Origin: a virus | Taxonomy: Duplodnaviria; Heunggongvirae; Uroviricota; Caudoviricetes | Direction: 5' to 3' (one strand) | DNA length: 23,915 nt | IMG/VR virus record: IMGVR_UViG_2554235190_000005 | Coordinates: 1-23,915 of that record | In this document: one piece after another, positions 8,466 through 17,495 of the stretch | Position numbering within the stretch: the first letter of the stretch is position 1 | Layout of the letters: every line of letters begins with the position of its first letter | The notes under the pieces: generated by a model | Told to the model about the DNA's origin: nothing | The model's input: only the letters and a program-made list of their open reading frames with translations | Databases searched by the model: none | Program-made: the position numbers and the translations under genes

Positions 8466-9077
8466 ATGGATTTAGTCTTTAAAGTTCTGGCTTCGTTGGG
8501 TGGGGTGTCTTTTGTTGCATCTGGCATATTTGTTTGGATCGGGAAAGTTTATTTAGAAAGATATAAGTCGCGGCTAAACAAAGATATTGCTGAATTTCAA
8601 TCACAACTGAGTGCAACTAATGAAAGAATAAAGGCTAAGTTAGACAATTCTGTTTATGTAACGAAAGCGTATTTTGATAAGGAGTTATCAGCATATAGTC
8701 TCATTTGGAATTCGATGTTTGAAACCAGAGAAAGCGTGCTTAAGCTGAGGCCTGCGCTGGATCATGTTGACCCCAACGAACCATTTGAAGAGAGAAAATT
8801 TAGAAGGTTGAAAGTTTTTTCTGATGCATTTAACACTTTTGTTACAAGTGTTGAATCTAACAAACCGTTCATCTCACCAGAGGTTTATATAATCTTGGAC
8901 CGTTTCCGGAAGGAATGCCTTTCAGAGTCAATATCGTTTAAGCATAGCGATCCAGAATTTGACGGGCAAAATTATTGGAAAGAGGCGGAGTTGAACCATA
9001 CAACCATCATCAAGCTTTTTGATGAGACGTGTGATGCAATTCGAGACAGGATGCACACATTAACTGTGGTTACGTAG
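8466..9077 (+). CDS. Membrane-anchored hypothetical protein (203 aa), AT-rich cargo
   Basis: N-terminal transmembrane-like helix (LASLGGVSFVASGIFVWIG) then a charged soluble domain; strongly AT-rich versus the phage backbone; TTATAAT-like -10 element upstream. Confidence 0.6.
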   Translation: MDLVFKVLASLGGVSFVASGIFVWIGKVYLERYKSRLNKDIAEFQSQLSATNERIKAKLDNSVYVTKAYFDKELSAYSLIWNSMFETRESVLKLRPALDHVDPNEPFEERKFRRLKVFSDAFNTFVTSVESNKPFISPEVYIILDRFRKECLSESISFKHSDPEFDGQNYWKEAELNHTTIIKLFDETCDAIRDRMHTLTVVT

Positions 9078-9237
9078 GTTTCCAAAAAGTCTCGATGCCC
9101 GCTTTGGAGATTGTGCATGTCTATGCCGCATGAATCCGCATGATCGTTTGAGGATCGTTTTAGCTGAGGCCCGCCAGGAGTGGCGGGATTTTGCTTATGT
9201 CATGCAGGCGCATGAAAACCGCTACATAAAGCGGGCA

Positions 9238-9256
9238 GGCGTGGCGGGGATACGAG
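9238..9256. other. Candidate cos site (19-nt cohesive-end sequence GGCGTGGCGGGGATACGAG followed by GCGCGCGC)
   Basis: From memory, P2 and 186 cohesive ends begin GGCGAGGCGGGGA / GGCGTGGCGGGGA; this is the only such match in the window and sits in a GC-rich non-coding gap between A-side cargo and Q, where cos is expected. Confidence 0.5.
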
Positions 9257-9293
9257 CGCGCGCTTATTACTTTGATAGTACTCGGGTTATAAT

Positions 9294-10976
9294 ATGGATG
9301 ACTATCTATCTCGGAGAATGTGCATGTCATTGGACTATATCAAAGAACAGTTGTCAGACTTTATTTCATCTGCAGAACCTGAGGTAATGGCTATTCAGGG
9401 TGAGTGGGGGATTGGGAAAACCTATACTTGGAATACTTTCTTAAAGGAAAATAAAAATAAGATTGCATTTAATAGATATAGTTACGTCTCTCTTTTTGGT
9501 GTTAATTCATTGGACGCATTAAAATACTCCATCTTTGAAAATACAATTACAAAAGATTTTATTGGAAATAAACCTAATTTAAAAACAGCAACACAAAATG
9601 CAAAGGGGCTTCTTGAATCCTGCACTAGAAAGACCGCTCGTGTGTTAAAAGAAACACCTGTTGTGAAAAATTTTACTACGACACTTGAGTCAATGTCATT
9701 TATGTCAATTACTAATGTTATTGTAGTCATAGATGACTTAGAAAGACGTGGTAAAAATTTAGAAGTGAAAGATGTCTTAGGGTTGGTTTCTTTATTGAAA
9801 GAACAAAAAAATTGTAAGGTGGTTCTTTTACTTAATAATGGGACAAGTGGTATGGATGACTACTCCACTTATAAAGAAAAGGTTATTGATAGAGAGATTA
9901 CCTATAACCCTACGCCAGAAGAATGTGCAGCTATAGCATATAAAAATGATTCTGATGTTCATAAATTATTAAGCAAATACTCCATTTCTCTAGGTATTAA
10001 AAATATTCGTATACTGAAAAAAATAGAGCGGTTTTTGCTAGCCTTGTTACCTGGTATTAACGTTAATTTTGATAAAATTGCAAATGAAGTCGCACGCTCC
10101 TTAACTTTGTATTGTTGGAGTCATTACGCATTTACTCCAGATGGAGATGTACCATCATTGGAGTATATTAGAAATATGAGAAATATCTATATGCGTGATG
10201 AAAAAGAGGATGGAAAAGAAAAAAAATGGCATAATACTTTGCTTATATATGGTTATAAAAAAACAAACGAACTTGATGAAGTCCTTATAGACATGGTTAA
10301 GCATGGATATATTGATATGAATAATTTTCAAAGGCAAGTAAGTCTAAGGAATGATGAACTTATCCGTGATAGTAAGCGAGGTTCACTGTTTGAAGCATGG
10401 AAGCTTTTCTATAATTCATTTGAAGATAACCGAAATCAGGTTGTTGATAATCTATATCAAGCGGTGGTTGGTGGGATAGAGTATGTAACTCCAAGTGACT
10501 TGGATAGTGTTGTCGGACTGTATAGAGATTTAGATGAAAATATTAAAGCAAGTGAATTAATAAGTAAATTTATTAATTACGGCAATGATGCTCTTAAGGA
10601 ATATGTCCAATCTATTTACATGAATGTTCATCCTATAAAAGATGCTGAGTTAAAGTCAAAAATCCAAGATTATTCTACTAATTTAAATCTGGATGGTTCT
10701 ATAAAGGATGTTCTAATAAAATTATCAAGTCAGAATGGTTGGTCTGATAGGCACGAGGAAATATTGGATGCTGCCTCAGAGGGTGACTACTATGATTTAT
10801 TTAAAAAAGTCATTCTTGAAGGTGGTGATTCAATAATAGCCACTGCTCTTAAGTTTGGTGGGTATAGCAATGGTTCAGATAGAATGAAACGCATCGGAGA
10901 AAAAGCGAGAAATGCTTTGATAAGAATTGGAAATGAGTCGAAGATTAATAAAATACGTGTTAGACGGTATTTGTAA
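9294..10976 (+). CDS. KAP-family P-loop NTPase (560 aa), AT-rich cargo; candidate defence / abortive-infection protein
   Basis: Walker A GEWGIGKTYTWN and Walker B-like VIVVIDDLER in the KAP arrangement; very AT-rich; the true start may be the ATG at 9324 (GGAG about 9 nt upstream). Confidence 0.8.
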   Translation: MDDYLSRRMCMSLDYIKEQLSDFISSAEPEVMAIQGEWGIGKTYTWNTFLKENKNKIAFNRYSYVSLFGVNSLDALKYSIFENTITKDFIGNKPNLKTATQNAKGLLESCTRKTARVLKETPVVKNFTTTLESMSFMSITNVIVVIDDLERRGKNLEVKDVLGLVSLLKEQKNCKVVLLLNNGTSGMDDYSTYKEKVIDREITYNPTPEECAAIAYKNDSDVHKLLSKYSISLGIKNIRILKKIERFLLALLPGINVNFDKIANEVARSLTLYCWSHYAFTPDGDVPSLEYIRNMRNIYMRDEKEDGKEKKWHNTLLIYGYKKTNELDEVLIDMVKHGYIDMNNFQRQVSLRNDELIRDSKRGSLFEAWKLFYNSFEDNRNQVVDNLYQAVVGGIEYVTPSDLDSVVGLYRDLDENIKASELISKFINYGNDALKEYVQSIYMNVHPIKDAELKSKIQDYSTNLNLDGSIKDVLIKLSSQNGWSDRHEEILDAASEGDYYDLFKKVILEGGDSIIATALKFGGYSNGSDRMKRIGEKARNALIRIGNESKINKIRVRRYL

Positions 10977-10984
10977 TTTGGGAG

Positions 10985-11002
10985 GGGGATTTTCATCCCC
11001 CA
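10985..11002. terminator. Perfect hairpin GGGGGAT-TTTC-ATCCCCC between convergent genes (NTPase + strand, Q - strand)
   Basis: 7-bp GC-rich stem with a 4-nt loop, sited between the stop at 10976 and the Q stop at 11015; no strong T-run on either strand, so terminator function is uncertain. Confidence 0.4.
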
Positions 11003-11014
11003 CACACATTTTAT

Positions 11015-12046
11015 CTAATTCAATGAATAATCTTTGAAGGCTATTATTTTTTTCTTTAGCCAAATATTAACTTCTACAAGTCTTTTTTGTAAAGGAATTA
11101 ACTCATTTCGCACAAAAACGCAACTGGCTTTCTCCACATCCCCAAACCCACCGACATTATTAGGCATAATCCCCATCATTTGCGGCGGCACACGATGCGC
11201 CGCCATCATGTCATCCCGGCTCACGTTCTTGATATTCAAAAACTCATCCTTCGCAGCGACCTCTGACAACGGGATAATCTGAAGCCCGTCCTTTTTGCCG
11301 TTAGGCGAGTACATAAACAGGTTGCGGAAGTTGCCCGGACCTTTGGCGCTTTTCATCGCATTACGGAGGTTGTTTACATCCTCCTGGTTCTGCGCGGCAT
11401 CGGTCATGTACATGATGAAGCCTGCATGGCTGCCGTTGATGTAATACTTACGGCGGAACAGCGTGGCGGACTCGTTGAGCAGGGCTGACGGAATGGCAGA
11501 AAGATAGCCGGGCAGGCCGTAGATCTCCTGGTTGATGTCCGGTTCCATCAGATGAAAAATGCTGCCTTTCGTGAACTGATACGGCTGAGTTGTCATACCG
11601 TATTGCACAAACCAGTAGGTATCTAGGTCTAACCCGCGTCGGGTGTATTTTGCCAGCGCAGGCTCAAGGGCGATAACTTCACCGAATCGGTTCGTGCGTT
11701 TCTCCAGGTAGGCGTTACCAAATACCAGATAGTCCTGCACAAAACGCGAAAAAGCCTGCTGGCTGAGCAGCGGATGAGGGATATAGGTACTGGTCAGAAT
11801 GTTGCACTTTACTGCAATCGGGGAACTGTGATGCACGGCAGCGCGGAAGGTGCGCGCCAGTCCGTCAAAGCTGACGGGCGGCTCATACCAACGATCTGTC
11901 TGTACGCATTCCACATAGTCCAGCAGTTCTCGGCGGTCCAGAACAGGAACGGGATCGCCGAAGCTGAATGCTTCGGCTGTAGTCTGGCTTTTAAGCTGGA
12001 TCTGTTTCGTCGCCGCAGCGCGGTTCTTCTTACTCTTTCCCATCAA
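11015..12046 (-). CDS. Q: Portal protein (P2 gpQ-like)
   Basis: 343 aa, leftward, translationally coupled to the upstream terminase gene; size and position match P2 Q. Confidence 0.9.
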   Translation of the reverse strand: MMGKSKKNRAAATKQIQLKSQTTAEAFSFGDPVPVLDRRELLDYVECVQTDRWYEPPVSFDGLARTFRAAVHHSSPIAVKCNILTSTYIPHPLLSQQAFSRFVQDYLVFGNAYLEKRTNRFGEVIALEPALAKYTRRGLDLDTYWFVQYGMTTQPYQFTKGSIFHLMEPDINQEIYGLPGYLSAIPSALLNESATLFRRKYYINGSHAGFIMYMTDAAQNQEDVNNLRNAMKSAKGPGNFRNLFMYSPNGKKDGLQIIPLSEVAAKDEFLNIKNVSRDDMMAAHRVPPQMMGIMPNNVGGFGDVEKASCVFVRNELIPLQKRLVEVNIWLKKKIIAFKDYSLN

Positions 12047-13809
12047 AAAATCTCCACAATATTGCTGGTATTGGCGGATTCGCCCTGCAGCGGTTCGTTA
12101 AACAGTGCGTGCATTGTTGCCCAGGCCAGATCGGCGTGGCTGGCTTCTTCGCTGCGGCTGGCTTCATAGGTCGGGCGGTTGCCACTGGCGGTGGTGGCGC
12201 GACGGATTGCCATAAATGACTGCGCTATGTCGGTGTGTCCGGCGTCAAACTCCAGACGGCGGTGGCTGATAATGTCGTAGGCCTTGAGTACCAGGGCGTT
12301 TTTAACATTGGGGTTGTAGACAAACTCCCGGACGGCAGGAAAGAACGCTTTCACGTTCTCATAAACCCCGTGACCAACGCCGGTTGAGTCGATACCGATA
12401 TAGGTCACGTTGTACTGTTCGGTCAGTTTTTTGATGGCGTCAGCCTGGGCGCGGAAGTCCATCCCGCGCCACTGGTGACGCTCAAGAATGCGGAACTTAC
12501 CGCCCGGCACGGCTGGCGGTGCCACCACCACGCATCCGGCGCTGTCGCCGTTCTGCGTACCTTTTGCCGGGTCATAACCGATCCACACTTCGCGCCAGCC
12601 AAACGGGCGAAGGGCCAGTGCATGGAAGTCGGTCCAGACTTCCCAGCTGTCCACCATGCACGCCTGCAGCTCGCTGAGCGGAAACACGGACGCGAGATCG
12701 TCCACGAACTCGCACATCAGCAGGTTCAGGTATTCATCCGGGCTGTACTCCATGCGCAACTGGTCAAGGTCGAACAGGTTACAGCCGCCGCGCACTGCAT
12801 CTTCCACGGTGACTATCTGGCGGTATTGCCCGTCTGCGCACAGCAGGCCGGGGGCCAGATTGCTGTGGGACAGGTCGATGTCCACCTTGTCGGCTTTGTT
12901 GCGTCCACGGTTGAACAGCGCACCGGACCAGAACGGATAAGCACTGTGGGTCAGGCTGGATGGCGTGGAAAAATAGGTTTGTCGCCATTTCTTGTGAATA
13001 GCCATACCGGAAGCCACTTTGCGCAGCTCCTGGAATTTCGGTATCCAGAAATATTCATCCAGATACAGGTTGCCGTGGTAACTCTGCGCCGTGCGGGCAT
13101 TGGTGCCGAGGAAGTAAAGCGTGGCCCCGTTAGGAAGCACCATCGGATCGCCTTTCAACTCCACCTCCACTTCTTTGGCGAAGTCGATGATGTACTGTTT
13201 AAAGACGTGGGCCTGTGCCTTACTGGCGGAAAGGAAAATCTGGTTACGTCCGGTAAGCAGGGCGTCAATCAGGGCTTCACGGGCAAAGTAAAAGGTCGCG
13301 CCGATCTGGCGTGACTTCAGCAGGTTGCGGATGCGGTTGGTTTTTCCGGCTTCCCACCAGTGGCGCTGGTAGTTGAACATGGAGGAATGGAAAATTTCTT
13401 CCAGCTTCTCAATCTGTTCATCGGTGAAAACGTTCTTTTCCGGCTGACGGCGTGGGCCTTTGTTGCGGTTGGCGACGTTAGGGTTTAAGTCGGCTTCGTT
13501 GCCGCCATTGTTAAACTTGCCGATCCGCGCGTGGCGTTCCGACTGGCGCGCCAGCAGGTCAATCTCTTTGAAATCTTTCCCTTCTTTGTGCTCCTTCATA
13601 ATGAGCTGGCAGTAGCGTGCGGCGGTGGTGAGCTGCATCTGATCCAGCGGCCCATAGTCACCCCACTTGTCGCGTTTTTTCCAGCTGTGAACGGTTGCAA
13701 CTTTCTCGCCCAGCATTTCAGCAATGCGGGCTACGCGGTATCCCTGAAAGTACAGCAGCATGGCCTGCCGACGGGGATCGAGATCTGCGGGTGTCAGTGT
13801 GGTGTTCAT
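12043..13809 (-). CDS. P: Terminase large (ATPase) subunit (P2 gpP-like)
   Basis: 588 aa, divergent from the O-N-M-L operon as in P2; size matches gpP. Confidence 0.9.
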   Translation of the reverse strand: MNTTLTPADLDPRRQAMLLYFQGYRVARIAEMLGEKVATVHSWKKRDKWGDYGPLDQMQLTTAARYCQLIMKEHKEGKDFKEIDLLARQSERHARIGKFNNGGNEADLNPNVANRNKGPRRQPEKNVFTDEQIEKLEEIFHSSMFNYQRHWWEAGKTNRIRNLLKSRQIGATFYFAREALIDALLTGRNQIFLSASKAQAHVFKQYIIDFAKEVEVELKGDPMVLPNGATLYFLGTNARTAQSYHGNLYLDEYFWIPKFQELRKVASGMAIHKKWRQTYFSTPSSLTHSAYPFWSGALFNRGRNKADKVDIDLSHSNLAPGLLCADGQYRQIVTVEDAVRGGCNLFDLDQLRMEYSPDEYLNLLMCEFVDDLASVFPLSELQACMVDSWEVWTDFHALALRPFGWREVWIGYDPAKGTQNGDSAGCVVVAPPAVPGGKFRILERHQWRGMDFRAQADAIKKLTEQYNVTYIGIDSTGVGHGVYENVKAFFPAVREFVYNPNVKNALVLKAYDIISHRRLEFDAGHTDIAQSFMAIRRATTASGNRPTYEASRSEEASHADLAWATMHALFNEPLQGESANTSNIVEIF

Positions 13810-13855
13810 GGCACAAACCTACAGCCTTGAATGAAGGCTTTCCCCGCCTGCGGTT

Positions 13856-13873
13856 TGTGTGGTTGTCGGTACA
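13856..13873. promoter_or_regulatory. Candidate Ogr/B-dependent late promoter element (TGT-N12-ACA) in the divergent P/O intergenic region
   Basis: TGT(13856-13858)-N12-ACA(13871-13873) within the 142-bp gap between the P and O starts, where P2 has late promoters. Confidence 0.4.
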
Positions 13874-13951
13874 AATACCGCGCATTGTTTCACTGCCCCC
13901 ATCACCGCAACCATAAGGCTCCAGTAAGTTTTTTCTAACGGAGCACGGCTC

Positions 13952-14785
13952 ATGACAGTGAAAGCAAAGCGTTTTCGCATCGGGGTGGAAGGTGCCACCA
14001 CCGACGGACGCGAAATCCAGCGTGAATGGCTGGAACAGATGGCAGCCAGCTACAACCCGGCGGTGTATACCGCGCTGATTAACCTTGAGCACATCAAGTC
14101 TTATCTGCCGGACAGCACCTTTAACCGCTACGGCAAGGTGACGGCGCTGTTTGCTGAAGAAATCACGGAAGGTCCGCTGGCAGGCAAGATGGCGCTGTAT
14201 GCCGACGTTGAGCCAACGGAGTCCCTGGTGGAACTGGTGAAAAAAGGCCAGAAATTATTCACCTCTATGGAAGTCAGCCCGAAGTTCGCTGATACGGGCA
14301 AAGCCTACCTGGTCGGCCTGGCTGCCACTGATGACCCTGCCAGTCTGGGTACGGAAATGCTGACATTCAGCGCCAGTGCAGCCCATAACCCGCTGGCAAA
14401 CCGCAAGCAGAATCCTGCCAATCTCTTTACCGCTGCAGAGGAAACGGTGATCGAACTGGAAGAAATCCAGGACGACAAACCGTCCCTGTTTGCCCGCGTC
14501 ACGGCGCTGTTTACCAAAAAAGAGCAGTCCGATGACGCCCGGTTCTCTGATGTGCATAAGGCCGTGGAGCTGGTCGCCACTGAGCAGCAGAACCTGAGCG
14601 CACGCACCGAAAAATCCCTGTCTGAGCAGGAAGAACGCCTGTCTGAGCTGGAGACTGCCCTGCAGGCACAGCAAACCGCCTTTAACGAACTGGTGGACAA
14701 GCTGAGCCATGAAGACAGCCGCCAGGACTACCGCCAGCGTGCAACAGGCGGTAACGCCCCCGCTGACACTCTGACCAATTGCTGA
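13952..14785 (+). CDS. O: Capsid scaffolding protein (P2 gpO-like)
   Basis: 277 aa, first gene of the rightward late operon, GGAG RBS, acidic coiled-coil-like C-terminal half. Confidence 0.85.
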   Translation: MTVKAKRFRIGVEGATTDGREIQREWLEQMAASYNPAVYTALINLEHIKSYLPDSTFNRYGKVTALFAEEITEGPLAGKMALYADVEPTESLVELVKKGQKLFTSMEVSPKFADTGKAYLVGLAATDDPASLGTEMLTFSASAAHNPLANRKQNPANLFTAAEETVIELEEIQDDKPSLFARVTALFTKKEQSDDARFSDVHKAVELVATEQQNLSARTEKSLSEQEERLSELETALQAQQTAFNELVDKLSHEDSRQDYRQRATGGNAPADTLTNC

Positions 14786-14801
14786 TGGAGCACAAAACCT
14801 G

Positions 14802-15860
14802 ATGAAGAAGAATACCCGCTTTGCTTTTAACGCTTACCTGCAGCAGCTGGCGCGTCTGAACGGTGTGGCAGTTGAAGAACTGTCCAGCAAGTTCACTGTG
14901 GAGCCGTCTGTGCAGCAGACGCTGGAAGACCAGATCCAGCAGTCCGCCGCTTTCCTGACGCTGATTAACGTCACGCCAGTGACTGAGCAGTCCGGTCAGC
15001 TGCTGGGGCTGGGTGTTGGCAGCACCATTGCCGGAACCACTGACACCACCGCGAAAGAGCGTGAACCTGTCGATCCGACGCTGATGGTCGATGTGGAATA
15101 CAAATGCGAACAGACCAACTTTGACACGGTGCTGACCTACGCGAAGCTGGACCTGTGGGCGAAGTTTCAGGATTTCCAGGTGCGTATCCGTGACGCCATC
15201 GTGAAACGTCAGGCACTGGACCGCATCATGATCGGCTTTAACGGCGTGAAGCGTGCGAAAACCTCCAACCGTAGCGAAAACCCGCTGCTGCAGGATGTGA
15301 ATAAAGGCTGGCTGCAGAAAATCCGTGAGGATGCACCGGATCACGTCATGGGCAGCACCACCACGGGCGGTGAAACCACACCGGGCGCGGTGAAAGTCGG
15401 TAAAGGTGGCGAATATGCCAACCTGGACGCCGTGGTGATGGATGCCGTTAATGAGCTTATCGACGTGGTCTACCAGGACGATGACGATCTGGTGGTGATT
15501 TGCGGTCGTGAGCTGCTGTCTGACAAGTATTTCCCGCTGGTCAACAAAGAGCAGGAAAACAGTGAAAAACTGGCTGCCGATATGATCATCAGTCAGAAAC
15601 GCATGGGTGGCCTGCAGGCTGTGCGTGCGCCGTTCTTCCCGCCGAATGCGCTGCTGATCACCCGTCTGGATAACCTGTCCATCTACTGGCAGGAAGATAC
15701 CCGCCGCCGTTCAGTTATCGACAACCCGAAACGTGACCGGATTGAAAACTTTGAATCCGTTAACGAAGCCTATGTGGTTGAGGACTACCGCTGCGCCGCA
15801 CTGGTGGAAAATATCCAGATTGGCGATTTCAGCGCCGCCGCAGCAGAAACCGGAGCGTAA
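14802..15860 (+). CDS. N: Major capsid protein (P2 gpN-like)
   Basis: 352 aa; MKKNTRFAFNAYLQQLARLNGV... aligns along its length with P2 gpN as I recall it. Confidence 0.9.
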   Translation: MKKNTRFAFNAYLQQLARLNGVAVEELSSKFTVEPSVQQTLEDQIQQSAAFLTLINVTPVTEQSGQLLGLGVGSTIAGTTDTTAKEREPVDPTLMVDVEYKCEQTNFDTVLTYAKLDLWAKFQDFQVRIRDAIVKRQALDRIMIGFNGVKRAKTSNRSENPLLQDVNKGWLQKIREDAPDHVMGSTTTGGETTPGAVKVGKGGEYANLDAVVMDAVNELIDVVYQDDDDLVVICGRELLSDKYFPLVNKEQENSEKLAADMIISQKRMGGLQAVRAPFFPPNALLITRLDNLSIYWQEDTRRRSVIDNPKRDRIENFESVNEAYVVEDYRCAALVENIQIGDFSAAAAETGA

Positions 15861-15863
15861 ATC

Positions 15864-16514
15864 ATGAGCCTGAGTCCCGCACGGCAGCATCGCCTGCGCG
15901 TTCAGGCTGAACAGGCCGCCCGCGAGGGCGGCAGCGTTCGCCACGCGTCGGGCTATGACCTGATGCTGCTGCAACTGGCGGAAGACCGCCGCCGTCTCAA
16001 GGGCGTTCAGTCCACGGTCAAAAAAGCAGAAATCAAAGTGGAGCTGCTGCCGAAGTACGCCGCCTGGGCTGAGGGCGTCCTGGCTGCCGGAGGCGCTCAA
16101 CAGGATGACGTGCTGATGTACGTGATGCTGTGGCGCATTGATGCCGGAGATTATGCCGGGGCGCTGGAGATCGGGCGTCATGCTCTGCGTCATGGCTGGG
16201 TGATGCCGCTGGGTAACCGCAATGTGCAGACCGTGCTGGCAGAGGAAATGGCAGACGCGGCACAGAGCGCAATGCTTGCCACTACCGGCTTTGATGTCGA
16301 TCTGCTGCTGCAGACGCTGGAGCTGACAGACGGTCTGGATATGCCGGACCAGTCACGGGCGCGTCTGCATAAAGCGATTGGCGCTGTCCTGAGTGAAAGT
16401 AATCCGGCTTTCGCCCTTAATCATCTCAACCATGCGTTACAGCTCGATCCCCGCTGTGGCGTGAAAAAAGACAAACAGCAGCTGGAGCGCAGACTGCGCA
16501 ATGACAGCCGCTGA
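15864..16514 (+). CDS. M: Terminase small (endonuclease) subunit (P2 gpM-like)
   Basis: 216 aa directly after N; position and size match gpM. Confidence 0.8.
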   Translation: MSLSPARQHRLRVQAEQAAREGGSVRHASGYDLMLLQLAEDRRRLKGVQSTVKKAEIKVELLPKYAAWAEGVLAAGGAQQDDVLMYVMLWRIDAGDYAGALEIGRHALRHGWVMPLGNRNVQTVLAEEMADAAQSAMLATTGFDVDLLLQTLELTDGLDMPDQSRARLHKAIGAVLSESNPAFALNHLNHALQLDPRCGVKKDKQQLERRLRNDSR

Positions 16515-16608
16515 CAGAACGTGCCCCGCGCACGGGCGGCACGGGGTGGCGAAAGGCACTGCCACATCAAAACCCCGTCCACCGCCCTCTATTTCAGGAG
16601 AAAGCAGC

Positions 16609-17073
16609 ATGAAGTTTGTTGCGCCAGAACAGGCACCGGAACAGGCGGAAATCATCAGAAATACGCCGTTCTGGCCTGATGTGGACCTGTCGGAGTTTCG
16701 CAGTGTCATGCGCACTGACGGCACGGTGACGCAGCCGCGTTTAAAGCAGGTTGCGCTGTCGGCAATTTCGGAGGTTAACGCAGAACTGTATGAGTTTCGC
16801 AGACGCCAGCAGATGCTGGGGTATGCCTCGCTGGCAGAGGTTCCGGCGGAACAGCTGGACGGGAAAAGTGAGCGCATTCAGCACTATTTCAACGCGGTTT
16901 ACTGCTGGGCACGCGCCATGCTCAACGAACGATACCAGGACTATGACGCCACGGCATCCGGTGTGAAGCGAGGCGAAGAACTGGCAGAAGCCAGCGGTGA
17001 TTTGTGGCGTGACGCCCGCTGGGCCATCAGCCGGGTACAGGATGCGCCGCACTGCACAGTGGAGCTTATCTGA
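16609..17073 (+). CDS. L: Head completion/stabilisation protein (P2 gpL-like)
   Basis: ATG 16609 with AGGAGA RBS (track ORF extends upstream from a non-ATG start); about 154 aa. Confidence 0.8.
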   Translation: MKFVAPEQAPEQAEIIRNTPFWPDVDLSEFRSVMRTDGTVTQPRLKQVALSAISEVNAELYEFRRRQQMLGYASLAEVPAEQLDGKSERIQHYFNAVYCWARAMLNERYQDYDATASGVKRGEELAEASGDLWRDARWAISRVQDAPHCTVELI

Positions 17074-17276
17074 TGAAAGTGCGTGCGCATCAGTATGACA
17101 CGGTGGACGCGCTTTGCTGGCGTCATTACGGGCGCACGCAGGGTGTCACGGAGCAGGTACTGAAGGCAAATCCGGGGCTTGCCGAATACGGCCCCTTTTT
17201 ACCTCACGGGCTGCAGGTGGAGCTGCCGGACATTCCGACAACCACCACCGTGCAGACCGTCCAGCTATGGGACTGA
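17073..17276 (+). CDS. X: Tail protein X (LysM-like, P2 gpX-like)
   Basis: 67 aa, the same length as P2 gpX; ATGA overlap with the L stop. Confidence 0.75.
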   Translation: MKVRAHQYDTVDALCWRHYGRTQGVTEQVLKANPGLAEYGPFLPHGLQVELPDIPTTTTVQTVQLWD

Positions 17277-17279
17277 ATT

Positions 17280-17495
17280 ATGACGCTTGAGCGAATCAGC
17301 GCCTTTATCACGTACTGCATCGCCGTTGTGCTGGCCTGGCTGGGCGATTTGTCCATCAAGGATGCCTCAACGCTGGGCGGCCTGATGATTGGTGTGCTGA
17401 TGCTGGCTATCAACTGGTACTACAAACACAAAGCCTACCAGCTTCTGCGCGACGGGCAGATCTCGCGGGAGGACTATGAATCCATCAATCGTTAA
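17280..17495 (+). CDS. Holin (small two-TMD, pinholin-like)
   Basis: 71 aa with two hydrophobic segments and a charged C-terminal tail; immediately upstream of and overlapping the endolysin gene. Confidence 0.6.
   Translation: MTLERISAFITYCIAVVLAWLGDLSIKDASTLGGLMIGVLMLAINWYYKHKAYQLLRDGQISREDYESINR

Noticed and set aside
9130-9387. 85-aa track ORF spanning the GC-rich gap upstream of the NTPase gene
   Set aside because: It covers the candidate cos sequence and the NTPase start, has no convincing RBS and an Arg/Ala-rich composition typical of GC-rich non-coding DNA read in frame.
12423-13314. Antisense track ORFs (up to 279 aa) inside the terminase gene P
   Set aside because: They lie opposite a confidently assigned, translationally coupled structural gene; the Arg/Ala/Gly/His-rich translations are the usual artefact of antisense frames in GC-rich coding DNA.
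14255-16272. Several antisense ORFs opposite the O, N and M genes
   Set aside because: Same reasoning: opposite strongly supported capsid and terminase genes, with low-complexity Arg/Cys/Ser-rich translations and no RBS.
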